Shown here piece by piece: positions 12,197 through 23,607 of a DNA stretch of 64,000 nt (position 1 is its first letter; every line of letters begins with the position of its first letter). The position numbers and the translations under genes were made by a program. The DNA comes from Macrostomum lignano (Eukaryota), in contig NIVC01001811.1 in the NCBI GenBank assembly GCA_002269645.1, positions 248,001 to 312,000 on the forward strand, given 5' to 3'. The notes below the pieces were generated by a model. That model was not told the origin of the DNA, did not search any database, and saw nothing but the letters and a program-made list of their open reading frames with translations.

Positions 12197-13794
12197 GATT
12201 GACTGATTGGTTGATTGATTGATTGATTGATGAAATGATTAAAATAATATCTAAACTATACAACAGTTGATTTTAACAAAGCTGGTATGCTGTGATTATC
12301 TTAACTGAGTCAGACTCGTCGCATTATAAAACATTGCCTCGTTTGAGCGTAACCTGTTCTCTATAACAGTTGTCTATGGTAAATACTGTTCTGTTCTATA
12401 TAAATTTGTCTATGGTGCTCTCTCTCTCTCTATCCGTCTCTATCTATTTCTCCCTGCATGCACTTCACCCACTATGTCTCCCAATCTACCCGTTCGATTG
12501 TCACTCAAAATTCTCACATTCTCTTGTCTCCTGTCTGCATCTGTATAATAGTATGTATGCATCTCTCTCGTCTGACTACATCTCTCCATACACCCATTTA
12601 AATATAGTTCAAAACACAAAACAATTCGGTTCTTTGTTAGCTCGTCTACTTTCTAAATTCTAAATTAATGTCTTACAACAGCATACCGCTACCCAACCAC
12701 TGACTGCCAGGTGTGTGGTCGCCAACAGTCAACCATCTTTGTTCTGGACAACTGCTCGCATTCGAGCGGCAGGACACTACGACTAACACTCGGTCACCCA
12801 GTTACTCAGTCGCTGCCTCGTCCAGACGCGGTGCCTTCTCGAGCTATTTAACTGACTTTATTATGAAGCGAACCAGAAAACTTCTGACACTACGAGAAAA
12901 AATGAAAACAAAAAATAAAATTGCTCACATTTGTCACTATATGTTTATTGAAACTATATTATAATTCAACGAAAATTTTAATCAGCTTATTGACAGTTAT
13001 TATCCATTGTTCGTATGGTGGTTTGAATTTTTAATTTTTTTCCTGTTTTATCGGTTATTAATCATGTACTCAGATTTGTCTCAATTGAGCACAGCTTTGA
13101 CAAACAGACGCATACATACATACATATATACATACATACACAATGTTAGCAGTTTTTATTAGTCACTAGCACAGCAACATTGACAATTATAATCACACAC
13201 CTTTGGCATCTACGAGGACACGTTTGACAACAACCGGCCATGATTAAAATCTTGACCCATTTGAAATTGTATGTACATGACTTGGACACAGTTTTGGCGT
13301 CAACAACCAGCAACGGAATGTTGGTCAATAAACCACTTAAATATTTATACAAATTTTATAACGTATGCAGAACGGTAACGGCATGCACTTTACACATACG
13401 ATTATTTAACAAAACAATGAATTGACCGCTTTGAAACAAAGTCAGCCAATCAACTATGGATCCAAAAATATGTACAAACCATGAGCAAAATATAATCGCA
13501 TAAATAAATAGTATATATGTACAAACGATTTAAAAATGGCAGAAGAATCATATAAAACATCCTTCTCGACTTACTAACTAATATACATCGGTCAGTTGGT
13601 TTATCTCAAGCAATTTTCCAATTTTAACAGCCTCCTGCCAAGACATGCCACAGCACTTATTACTAGGGTGAAATTTTAATAAAGTTCCTCATTTGGATGT
13701 AAATTTGGATATCACTGAGTAGTTCATTCATTTATACTCGCTCAAGTGTCTGAGTTTCTCTTGTTTATTGTATCTATTCTCACATCGATCTATT

Positions 13795-14960
13795 CCATGT
13801 GCACCCGTGTGCACCGACCATACTCGCCACTGCAAACAGCCATGTTCACCCGTGTGCACCGACCATGCTCGCCACTGCAAACAGCTATGTGCACCCGTGT
13901 GCACCGACCATACTCGCCACTGCAAACAGCCATGTTCACCCGTGTGCACCGACCATGCTCGCCACTGCAACCACCCGTGTGCACCGACCATACTCGCCAC
14001 TGCAACCACCCGTGTGCACCGACCATGCTCGCCACTGCAACCACCCGTGTGCACCGACCATACTCGCCACTGCAAACAGCCATGTTCACCCGTGTGCACC
14101 GACCATACTCGCCACTGCAACCACCCGTGTCCACCGACCATACTCGCCACTGCAAACAGCCATGTTCACCCGTGTGCACCGACCATACTCGCCACTGCAA
14201 ATAGCCATGTTCACCCGTGTGCACCGACCATGCTCGCCACTGCAAACAGTCATGTTCACCCGTGTGCACCGACCATACTCGCCACTGCAAACAGCCATGT
14301 TCACCGGTGTGCACCGACCATACTCGCCACTGCAAACAGCCATGTTCACCCGTGTGCACCGACCATACTCGCCACTGCAAACAGCCATGTTCACCCGTGT
14401 GCACCGACCATACTCGCCACTGCAAACAGCCATGTTCACCGGTGTGCGCCGACCATGCTCGCCACTACAAACAGTCATGTTCACCCGTGTGCACCGACCA
14501 TGCTCGCCACTGCAACCACCCGTGTGCACCGACCATAGTCGCCACTGCAAACAGCCATGTTCACCCGTGTGCACCGACCATACTCGCCACTGCAAACAGC
14601 CATGTTCACCGGTGTGCACCGACCATACTCGCCACTGCAAACAGCCATGTTCACCCGTGTGCACCGACCATACTCGCCACTGCAAACAGCCATGTTCACC
14701 CGTGTGCACCGACCATACTCGCCACTGCAAACAGCCATGTTCACCGGTGTGCGCCGACCATGCTCGCCACTACAAACAGTCATGTTCACCCGTGTGCACC
14801 GACCATGCTCGCCACTGCAACCACCCGTGTGCACCGACCATAGTCGCCACTGCAAACAGCCATGTTCACCCGTGTGCACCGACCATACTCGCCACTGCAA
14901 ACAGCCATGTTCACCCGTGTGCACCGACCATAATAGCCAATGCAACCAGCCATGTGCACC
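13795..14960. repeat. 45/35-bp minisatellite with ~305-bp higher-order repeat
   Basis: 45-bp unit GCACCGACCATACTCGCCACTGCAAACAGCCATGTTCACCCGTGT and a 35-bp deletion variant. A diagnostic variant recurs at 14441 and 14746. Confidence 0.95.
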
Positions 14961-15110
14961 AATCATACTTGACATCCATGTGTGCAGACTATGTTCAGCT
15001 ATTGAGATATTGATATTCAGATGAATAGACTGGCGAGTGATTACCACAGACAATATATAATTTCCCCCACTTCATTCCCATGATGTAACCACGCTCTGGT
15101 CGCGGGATAG

Positions 15111-15390
15111 GGCATGGGAACTTTTTCGAAAGTGCCTCCTATCCCGTGTACCCTCTGCACAGAGCTGTCGAGACTCGGCCAGGTCTCCGCCCAGGCCTGG
15201 AGACTCCCGCTCTGCTGCCCCCCCTCCTACTGCCTTGGTTCCGTCTCCCCTGCCGCCACACCTGCCTTTCCGAAGCTCCCTGTCTCTCTCTGTACCCTCC
15301 CCTCTACCTTATCTCCCCTGCACTCCACCCTATTCTTCTTGTACTTTCCCTTTCCCCCCCTCTTTTTGTCTCTCTCTGCACTCTTTTCCT
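15111..15390. mobile_element. 280-bp insertion bounded by 9-bp direct repeats (possible retroposed fragment)
   Basis: GCGGGATAG at 15102-15110 and 15391-15399 flanks a pyrimidine-rich segment unlike its surroundings. Confidence 0.4.
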
Positions 15391-15399
15391 GCGGGATAG

Positions 15400-15585
15400 C
15401 GACGTTTGCCTGCGGGACGTTTGCCAGCCGACGTTTGCCTGCGTGACGTTTGCCAGCCGACATTTGCCAGCCGACGTTTGCCAGCCGACGTTTGCCAGTG
15501 GGACGTTTGCCAGCCGAAGTTTGCCTGCCGGACGTTTGCCAGCCGACGTTTGCCTGCGGGACGTTTGCCAGCCGACATTTGCCAG
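15400..15585. repeat. 14/15-bp tandem repeat
   Basis: Units GACGTTTGCCAGCC and GACGTTTGCCTGCGG. Confidence 0.9.
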
Positions 15586-15959
15586 AGCTGCCCACGATTC
15601 ATCCGTGGGCAGCGCAATCACTTCGTTGTTACTGCTGGCTGCCTCAACAGACAGTACGTCTGTGGGCAGCTCAGCCATTAGCGATGGGTTCGCAATTTGC
15701 ATCAATTAATGAAAGCAAATAAGCAATGATAAGCAATGAAGCAAATTTTAAATAAAAAAGCAAATAAGAGCAAGTATATACACAAGTAAGAAATACAAAT
15801 CAAAGCAAATTAGCAAATTAGCAAAATAAAAAACAGGCAAATAAATGCAAATATATACACACAGTAAGAAATATGCAAGAGCAAAAACAAGAAATCAAAC
15901 TTACGAAAACCTTTGAATTGACACGGAATGAACACTAGATAATTAGCAAATAGATAAAG

Positions 15960-16222
15960 AAAAATATGAAAAACAGAAGCCGCACCCCTTGCCGTATTTA
16001 TAGCAGTTGCCAAGAGGGGTTAGGAGCCTGATGGGTTTGGGAGCCTGAGGGGTCTCACTGAGTGGCCAGGATTGGCTGGTCAGAGGGGAGCCTATCCTGG
16101 CCCATAGAGGGGTCTCGGAGCCAAAGGGGTTGAGGGGCTCCCAAACCCATCAGGCTCCTAACCCCTCCTGGCAACTACTATAAATACTGCGAGGGGTACG
16201 GCTTCTGTTTTTCATACTTTTC
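15960..16222. promoter_or_regulatory. Palindromic bidirectional promoter-like element
   Basis: ~87-bp inverted arms (15960-16045, 16136-16222), each with TATAAATA pointing outward (15995-16002 minus, 16179-16186 plus). ATTGG lies in the spacer. The same sequence lies upstream of the SET gene at 19590-19700. Confidence 0.65.
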
Positions 16223-16809
16223 TAAGTTCATCTTCTTCAGTCTCTAAGTGTGTTATTATTTGATTATTATCAATTATTTGATTTCTTGTTCTTGTTCTTG
16301 TACTTTGTGTATTAGCTGATTTGCTTGTTTTATTTGACTTTTGTTTTTTATTTAGTTTTTGTAAATACTGTCTTGCCATTTGTAAATACTTTCATGTTTT
16401 TTGTAAATACTATCATGTTTTTTGTAAAGACTCATGTTTTTTGTAAATACTATCATGTTTTTTGTAAATACTTTCATGTTTTTGTAAATTCTATAGTAAT
16501 AACAGAAAGTTAATAATAATTTATGCATAATAATGTAATAAAATTAAACGTAATTCATTTAATATTTAATATGTAAGAAATATAAAAGTTTGTAGGTATA
16601 AATTATAACGCATTTTGTCATACATTTTCAGAAACAAATTGTCACAGATTTTAAGAATACGCGCGGCCTCCACTGACCCTCGTCGTGCTCAAATTCTAAT
16701 ACCTGTTTCTCTCTCATAATAATATCTTTCATAATAAATTCTACTAAATTCTACTGAATTCTTTAACAAATTCTTTATACTACTCGAACTACGTAATAAT
16801 TAGAAGGGA

Positions 16810-17340
16810 TTAGGTGCCACCTGCTCGTGGTAGCACATCTATTGATGAGACAAACAGCATCCGACGCATGGATAGATGCTCTATCACTTCTTAAATTCTC
16901 ACCTGCCCAGACTCAACCGTTCTCAACTGGCAGCTAGTCAAAGTTGGGCTAAGCAAACCTGTCTAGACTGGCATTTTTGGCGCCCCATCGGTCACAAAAG
17001 TGATTTCCGAGTGCCCCTTAATTTTGATGGATCTCGGCCGGACTTGACCCCCTGTACTCTGGGATAAATGTAGAAGCGATCCTCGTCGAAATCCGGGGTC
17101 AATAGGTCACTCTATGGGACCAGTCTGTTGTGCAATACTTAGCCTAGGAAGTGTCCAGCGTACCTCCATGCGCAGAAACGGTGAGGGGGCAATTACACTT
17201 TGTGGCAACGGCTGCCAGTCGACAGCGGAAGCACATCTAGCGACGTGTGTGGCGTCGTTAGAGCGAGCACAGCCTGGACTACATAGTGGGCTGGTCGGCC
17301 AGTCGGAATCGAACAGCTAAACATTCTCAAGGTACCTACA
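16810..17340 (-). repeat. Partial, reversed copy of the ~1.1-kb cassette repeat
   Basis: Reverse complement of segments at 21400-21760 and 22150-22290. Confidence 0.85.
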
Positions 17341-17559
17341 GGCAGTCACAGTGAGGGAGCAATATACCAATATGGATAGGCTGCAGAGGGCAGAAATGAT
17401 CAAAATGGTAGAGGATCGGAGATTATTATTATGACATAACAGAGACATCCCCCATAGTGTGCAAGAAGTAAAGTTTCGAGCCCGCTGCAACTGTCTATGG
17501 CCATTTATGTGTTAATTTTTTGTTTATAGAATAGGAAGGACGAAATGAAATGGAGATGC

Positions 17560-18052
17560 AATGATGTTGAACTATTTAATTTCTGTGTCGCCGTTGCCCT
17601 TGTCTGTCCGGCAGCCCGTGGGCTAGCCTTGAACACTCGCGGGGACGTGTACCCCAAGGGTCGGCTTGCTTGGGCAGCTTGGACAAAGAACCGCGGCTGC
17701 CTGAGGCAGATATAAGACGCGCGGATCTTCTCCAGCCATTCCTGCCTAAATAGAGATGGCAGGTGGAGGTCGTCGCAGGCCTTAGCCCGGAGGCCTGACC
17801 TGTCTCACACCCTCCTGGCATGCTGCCCGAGCCTTCGCAAGCGGGCTGGACGCCTCGACGGATGAATCACCCGTTTGCATCGTTGCGTTGAGATGCTCGA
17901 AGCTAGATGCCTCTACAGATGAATCACCCGTGTACATCGCAGCGTTGAGCTGACCGAAGCTAGATGCCTCGACGGATGAATCACCCGTGGGCTTCGGAGC
18001 GTTTAGATGCTTGAAGCTAGACGCCTCGACGAATGAATTACCCGTGGGCATC
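17560..18052. repeat. Shared downstream block plus 57-bp array (4 copies), cassette 1
   Basis: Unit GACGCCTCGACGGATGAATCACCCGTGGGCATCGCAGCGTTGAGATGCTCGAAGCTA. The same block occurs at 25200-25735 and 32500-33060. Confidence 0.9.
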
Positions 18053-18075
18053 CGAGCGTTCGGCTGAGAAAGAAT

Positions 18076-19422
18076 TCAATTCCTCAGCCACGGGTTCAAG
18101 CGGAGTGCCTCTCCTCGCCTCTCCCCATAGTCATACAGGAGCTCTTCTCCTATTGCTATGTCTCGGAGCGCTTCGAACCCCAGCAGCGGTACTCCGCTCG
18201 ACTCGACCACTATTGGCCGGACGTTAGCACTTTTCCTGCTATGATTCAGGTAGCGTCCGACATACTCTTTTTCTTCTGTCGAATCTACGCAGTAAGCGCG
18301 GCCTATCCATGAGAAGAAGAAGAGAAAGCACGTCGGCTTACCTTGCTCAATTAGCTGCTGCTCGCGCTCGCGCCGCTCCTTTTGGCCTTTGATAAGGACT
18401 CCGCCGTACCAACAGACAAACACACCACGGGCCATATTCAGCCTCGCAAATGTGCCAAGCCCGCTGCCGTCGACGCCTGCGGCACGGACAATAACGTTGC
18501 CGGAGTTCATAAACAATTTTCTGCGGAGGTCGGCCTGTGCTAGCTGGGCTGCAGGGGTCCTAAACCCGCTCGGCAGGTCATTTGCAGTTTCAGCGTCGGC
18601 ATCGTCGGAGATGATCCTCTTGTGTGGGGTCACAAAGGGAATCGGCTGAATGCGGCCTTCCGGAGTCACCTCCGTCTCTTGGTGGATTTGAGCAGCGCAA
18701 CTCGAGTCCGGACTTCGCCGCTGAGTCCACGGAGACTCTGGCAGGGCTTCGGCCTCCGACAGCGTCTTCTGCGGGGCCTCGGCCTCCGGTAGCGTCTCCT
18801 GCGGAGCCTCGGCCTCCGGCAGCGTCTCCTGCGGGGCCTCAGCCTCCGGCAGCGTCTCCTGCAGGGCTTGGGCTGCCAGTTCTGCCTGCTGTGCCAGCCA
18901 TTTCCTAAAATTGACCTCTTGGCGAGAATGAGAAATTTCGGCCGCTGCAGGCAGCCTAGCAGATCCTGCAGCAGCGTCGCAGTCATAGGCAGCAGCAGCT
19001 GGTGTCCTGGGAACGTCGGTGGTCGATGGCGTTGCTTCCGTCGCAACGTCCGGCAGTCTTGCCACAAACACGGTCGGATTCAAGGATCGAAGATCCCGGA
19101 TTCCATAATCAATAAGCAGGCGCAGCTCGTTCAGCCGTTTGGCGGCGCGCTGTCGAGCTTCATTGACGGCGTCACGGCCGCTGGGACATTCTTGATCCCA
19201 ATGTTGTTGTTTGTAGTGCTGCCGCAGGTTTGACGAGGCAAAGGCACCACACAGCAAGCACAGCTTCACATCTGGCTTGGCATGCCAACGATGATAAAGC
19301 ACTACGGCATTGACTCGATCGACCTCATTTGGGTGGGTCAATCGGCCGTGTCGTAGGAGATTATCTGCCCGCAAGACAGAATAATCGCAGAGAGGGCAGT
19401 GCAAATACCGACTGGTAAACAT
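18076..19422 (-). CDS. Paired C2H2-like zinc finger + SETD8/KMT5A-like SET-domain protein, copy 1 (~448 aa)
   Basis: CPLC-x12-H-x4-H and CLLC-x10-H-x4-H. The SET region GLGTFA...WYGG...YCVDSTEE...GRYLNHSR...DIAIGEELLYDYG...NPWLRN follows SETD8 to its C-terminus. A putative 109-nt 5'UTR intron (19533-19425) favours ATG 19422. Confidence 0.88.
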   Translation of the reverse strand: MFTSRYLHCPLCDYSVLRADNLLRHGRLTHPNEVDRVNAVVLYHRWHAKPDVKLCLLCGAFASSNLRQHYKQQHWDQECPSGRDAVNEARQRAAKRLNELRLLIDYGIRDLRSLNPTVFVARLPDVATEATPSTTDVPRTPAAAAYDCDAAAGSARLPAAAEISHSRQEVNFRKWLAQQAELAAQALQETLPEAEAPQETLPEAEAPQETLPEAEAPQKTLSEAEALPESPWTQRRSPDSSCAAQIHQETEVTPEGRIQPIPFVTPHKRIISDDADAETANDLPSGFRTPAAQLAQADLRRKLFMNSGNVIVRAAGVDGSGLGTFARLNMARGVFVCWYGGVLIKGQKERREREQQLIEQGKPTCFLFFFSWIGRAYCVDSTEEKEYVGRYLNHSRKSANVRPIVVESSGVPLLGFEALRDIAIGEELLYDYGERRGEALRLNPWLRN

Positions 19423-19589
19423 TTCTTGCATACAGAAAAATATAAAACTTAAATAAGCAAAAGTCAAATGAAACAAGAAAATCAGCAAATACACAAGGTA
19501 GGAAAGAAACAAGAAACAAGAAATCAAACTTACGAACTTATGAACTTCAACTTATGTACTTATGAACTTAAAGACGAACAGATGAAAAA

Positions 19590-19910
19590 AATATGAAAAA
19601 CAGAAGCCGCACCCCTCGCAGCATTTATAGTAGTTGCCAGGTGGGGTTAGGAGCCTGATGTGTTTAGGAGCCTGAGGGGTGTCACTGAGTGGCCAGGATT
19701 GGCTGGCCAGAGGGGGGCCAATCCTAGCCCATAGAGGGGTCTCGGAGCAAAAGGTTAGGCAGGATAGGCTGGTCAGAGGGGAGCTTGAGGCGTCTCGGAG
19801 CCTGACGGGTCTCAGAGCCTGACGGGTCTCAGGGCCTGAGGGGTCTCGGAGCCTGAGGGCTCTCGGAGCCTGAGGGCTCTCGGAACCTGAGGGGTCTCGG
19901 AGCCTGAGGG
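19590..19910 (-). promoter_or_regulatory. TATA/CCAAT promoter with upstream GGAGCCTGAGGG tandem array
   Basis: TATAAAT on minus at ~19624-19630, CCAAT motifs at ~19700-19725, and 17-19-bp repeats at 19790-19910. Similar arrays precede the other cassette genes. Confidence 0.55.
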
Positions 19911-19964
19911 GTTGATAGCCGATACCACTGAGAGCCTGAGAAGGAAATAACGCTTTACAAGAAC

Positions 19965-22520
19965 GGCTGCCAACCTGAAACGAAAGCACAACACACTTTA
20001 ATAAATGTTCTATGGGTTGCTGCAAGTTGCGCCATCGCCACGCCAATAGCGCCGAAGCCTTGGAAACTTGGTACTGTCAACAAATGCTAAATTGAGAAAA
20101 TTATTACACTTTGCGGGAACGGGTACCAGCCGACAGCCGCTTGAAATACATCGATTTGTGAGGTGTCATTAGATCGAGGACAGCCTGGGCTACATTGTGC
20201 GGTAGTTGGCCAGTCGGAATTTAACATTGGCAAAATTATAGACTACTTATGGCAGCAAGTAGCGGGTTTCTTAGGTGTAAAACGGCTGAAGATAGTTTAG
20301 CTTGCGTCGGACAGTCTCGCGACCGTCAAATTCCGACTCTACGTGTCGAAATACATTGGACTAGGTGTCTTTGTTTTTTTCAAAGTGTCTCTGCCAAAAT
20401 TTTGTACTTCGGGGTCTAAAGATTGACTGGCCACTTTCGGGAAGTCCGTCTGTCGCGGCGGAATCTACCACGAGCAGGTGGCACCCAATTCCGATGAATG
20501 CAATTCGATAGAGCATCACTAGAGCTTTCCAACGACTGCTGATACCAAGGGGAAATACCAAGGGGAAGGCTGGCTAATCGCACTCAAAGTGTCCAGCTGA
20601 TCTCCATGCGCAGAAATGGTGAGGGGGCAATTACACTTTGCGGCAACGGCTGCCAGTCAGAAACAGTAGCACATCTATTGATGAGACAAACATCTATCGA
20701 TAGATGCTCTATTATTTCTTAAATTCTCACATGCCCAGACTCACTTGACCCCCTGTACTCTGAGATAAATGTAGAACCGATCCCAGTCGAGATCCGGGGT
20801 TAATTGACCACTTTTTGGGGCTAGTCTGTTGCGCAATAATTAGCATTGAAAAACGCTATTGAACTACTGAGGAAATTATTACGCTTTAGTATACGCTTTA
20901 CGAAAACCAAAGACACCTAGTGCGATGTATTTTGACGCGTAAAGCCGCAATTTGACGGTCTCGAGACTGTCCAATGCAAGCTAAACTATCTTCAGCCACT
21001 TTACCCCTAAAATACGCACTACCATGTAGTATAAGTAGTATAGAATATTTTTAGCTGCTTGATTCCGACTGGCTGACCGGCCCAATGCGTAGTCCAGGCT
21101 GTCCTCAATCGAACGGCGCCACACACATCGCTAGATGTGCTTCTGTTGCCGACTGGTACCCGCTTGCGCAAAGCGTAAAAATACCCTCAATTTTTTTATT
21201 GTTGGGGAAGTTTCCAAAGCTACAGCTCCAACGCTATTGGCGCTTATGTGGCGCCGCTACCTTCAGACGATAGGGTATTTAATAGTGTGTCTATAGACGC
21301 TCACGGCACCCCGGTAGATGCCGCCGTTCTTTTTTGGCAGCGCGCCAAGTAAAGCGTAATAATTCCCTCAGTCGTTTTATAGCGTTTGCCTAGGCTAAGT
21401 ATTGCACAACAGACTGGTCCCATAGAGTGACCTATTGACCCCGGATTTCGACGGGGATCGCTTCTACATTTATCCCTGAGTACAGGGGGTCAAGTCCGGC
21501 CGAGATCCATCAAAATTAAGGGGCAGTCGGAAATCACTTTTGTGACCGATGGGGCGCCAAAAATGCCAGTCTAGACAGGCCTGTCTAGCCCAACTTTGAC
21601 TGGCTGCCATTTGAGATCGGTTGAGTCTGGGCAGGTGAGAATTTAAGAAGTGATAGAGCATCTATCGATGCGTCGGATGCTGTTTGTCTCATCAATAGAT
21701 GTGCTACCGTTTCCGGCTGGCAGCCGTTCCCGCAAAGTGTAATTGCCCCCTCACCGTTTCTGCGCATGGAGGTACGCTGGAGGTACGCTGCAGTACACTG
21801 CGCATGGAGTGCGGTTAGCCAGCCTTCCCCTTGGTATTTCCGGACGTTCTTGGTGTCGTTGGAAAGCTCTAGTGATGCTCTATCGAATTGCATTCATCGG
21901 AATTGGGTGCCACCTGCTCGTGGTAGATTCCGCCGCGACAGACGGACTTTCCGAAAGTGGCCAGTCAATCCCTTAGACCCCGAAGTACAAAATTTTGGCA
22001 GACACACTTTGAAAAAAGCAAAGACACCTAGTCCGATGTATTTCGACACGTAGAGTCGGAATTTGACGGTCGCGAGACTGTCCGACGCAAGCTAAACTAT
22101 CTTCAGCCGTTTTACACCCAAGAAACCCGCTACTTGCTACCATAAGTAGTATATAAGTTTTTTACTGTTCTATTCTGACTGGCCGACCAGCCCACTATGT
22201 AGTCCAGGCTGTGCTCGCTCTAACGACGCCACACACGTCGCTAGATGTGCTTCCGCTTTCGACTGGCAGCCGTTGCCACAAAGTGTAATAATTCCCTCAA
22301 TATTTTTAGGGCTAGAGTTGCAAGTTTCCAAGGCTCCAGCTTCGGCGCTATTGGCGCCAAAGTGGCGCCGCTACCGTCAGACGATTGGGTATTTATTAAA
22401 GTGTGTATAGACGCTCGCGTCGCGCCGGTAGATGCCGCCGTTCTTTTTTGGCAACGCGCCAAGTAAAGCGTAATAATTCCCTCAGTCGTTTTATAGCGTT
22501 TGCTAAGGCTATGTATACAT
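19965..22520. repeat. ~1.1-kb cassette repeat: one reversed copy then ~1.5 forward copies (inverted junction near 20880)
   Basis: AGACACCTAGT(C/G)CGATGTATTT recurs at ~20910 and ~22022 and is reversed at ~20340-20370. Confidence 0.9.
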
Positions 22521-23399
22521 AAGTAGGCCACACAAGCAGGTGGCAGCTAATTCTGATGAATGCTATTGGATAGAACACTTATAGGGCTTTCCAATGACAC
22601 CACGAACGTTGAGATATACCCAGGTGAAGGCTGGCAAATTTCACTCAAATTGTCCATGTTATCTAGTGTCGCAATACGGCTAAGAAAATTATTACACAAT
22701 GCTTGGCCGACCTCAAAGAATAGCTCTAACCCAAACCTAGGGAAACTTCTATCTTTTGATATTACTTAAGTGGGATTTGGGTACATAATTCTCAAAGTAG
22801 GCGTTGTCGAATAGGAGAGATGTTGTAGTGCGCTTGTGTGCTGAGAAAATCATGGTCTCATGGACCGTATATTTGAGCTACTATATAGTATCACTGCCGA
22901 CGTGCGGCTACAATGTTACGCAATAGTTGAGGGACAAGTCAGTGCACGTTGGTCGAGAGGGCTATAGTTATTCATCACAGAAAAGTAAAGGCATAGACTG
23001 GGCGTACACTACATCTCTCCCCCAACCAAAAAAGTACAAAGTGTGTAATTCGATTAACAGAGATAAACGGAACGAGATTTCGGAACAGTTGTGTTAAATT
23101 TACGTTGGGTGAAATTTACGTATGCATGTACATGTGATACGAGCGTAATTAGTAGTCTGCAGTCTGCAGTTAGTAGGATGATGCTCTGTTTTGCTGGCCT
23201 TGTGGTTTGCTGACGTGCTGTCGTGGGGCCAGTGGACCTCCCAAATGCCGTCGCACCCTTCGGTCACCTGGCGGAGCGCCGATCGAAATTAGCGGCGTGC
23301 GCCGTCTGGTCACCAGCTTCCAGCCGGGCTCGGACGGCTGCTGAACGTCTGCTGTGTCTGCCGGCTGCTGTTGGCCGGCTGAGAGCGTCTCGCTCGCGC

Positions 23400-23607
23400 C
23401 AACGCCTCCGATGTCCTGGCGCTGGCGTCTCCTTGACACAGCCGCCTGCGCCTGCCGCGCCATGCCAGGCCACCAGAATTTCCTTCTCAGCCGGTCGATG
23501 GCCTTCCTCCTGCCGAATTGACCCTGGTGGGCCCAACTGACGGTCTGCTGCTGAAGCGCTGCGGGTACAACGATTCTGTTGCCCCTGAGCAGCACGCCGT
23601 CACGCAC
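23400..23607 (-). pseudogene. Gypsy integrase zinc-binding region remnant; catalytic core absent
   Basis: DGVLLRGNRIVVP...WAHQGQFG...LRRKFWWPGM is the typical pre-integrase HHCC region. Confidence 0.75.

Noticed and set aside
13728-15053. Cys/His-rich repetitive ORFs up to 404 aa
   Set aside because: By-products of the 45/35-bp minisatellite; open in many frames.
16876-17067. Recurring small ORFs in the 1.1-kb unit (MLYHFLNSHLPRL..., MCYRFRLAAV...)
   Set aside because: Recurrence reflects DNA repeat identity; indels between copies break frames freely.
17576-17821. 81-aa ORF MPGGCETGQ... open in three copies
   Set aside because: The copies are too similar for openness to show selection, and there is no recognisable domain or promoter; left unannotated.
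17849-18052. 57-bp (and 42-, 45-, 30-bp) arrays as CRISPR-like arrays
   Set aside because: Units are contiguous with no unique spacers, and the context is eukaryotic with no cas genes.
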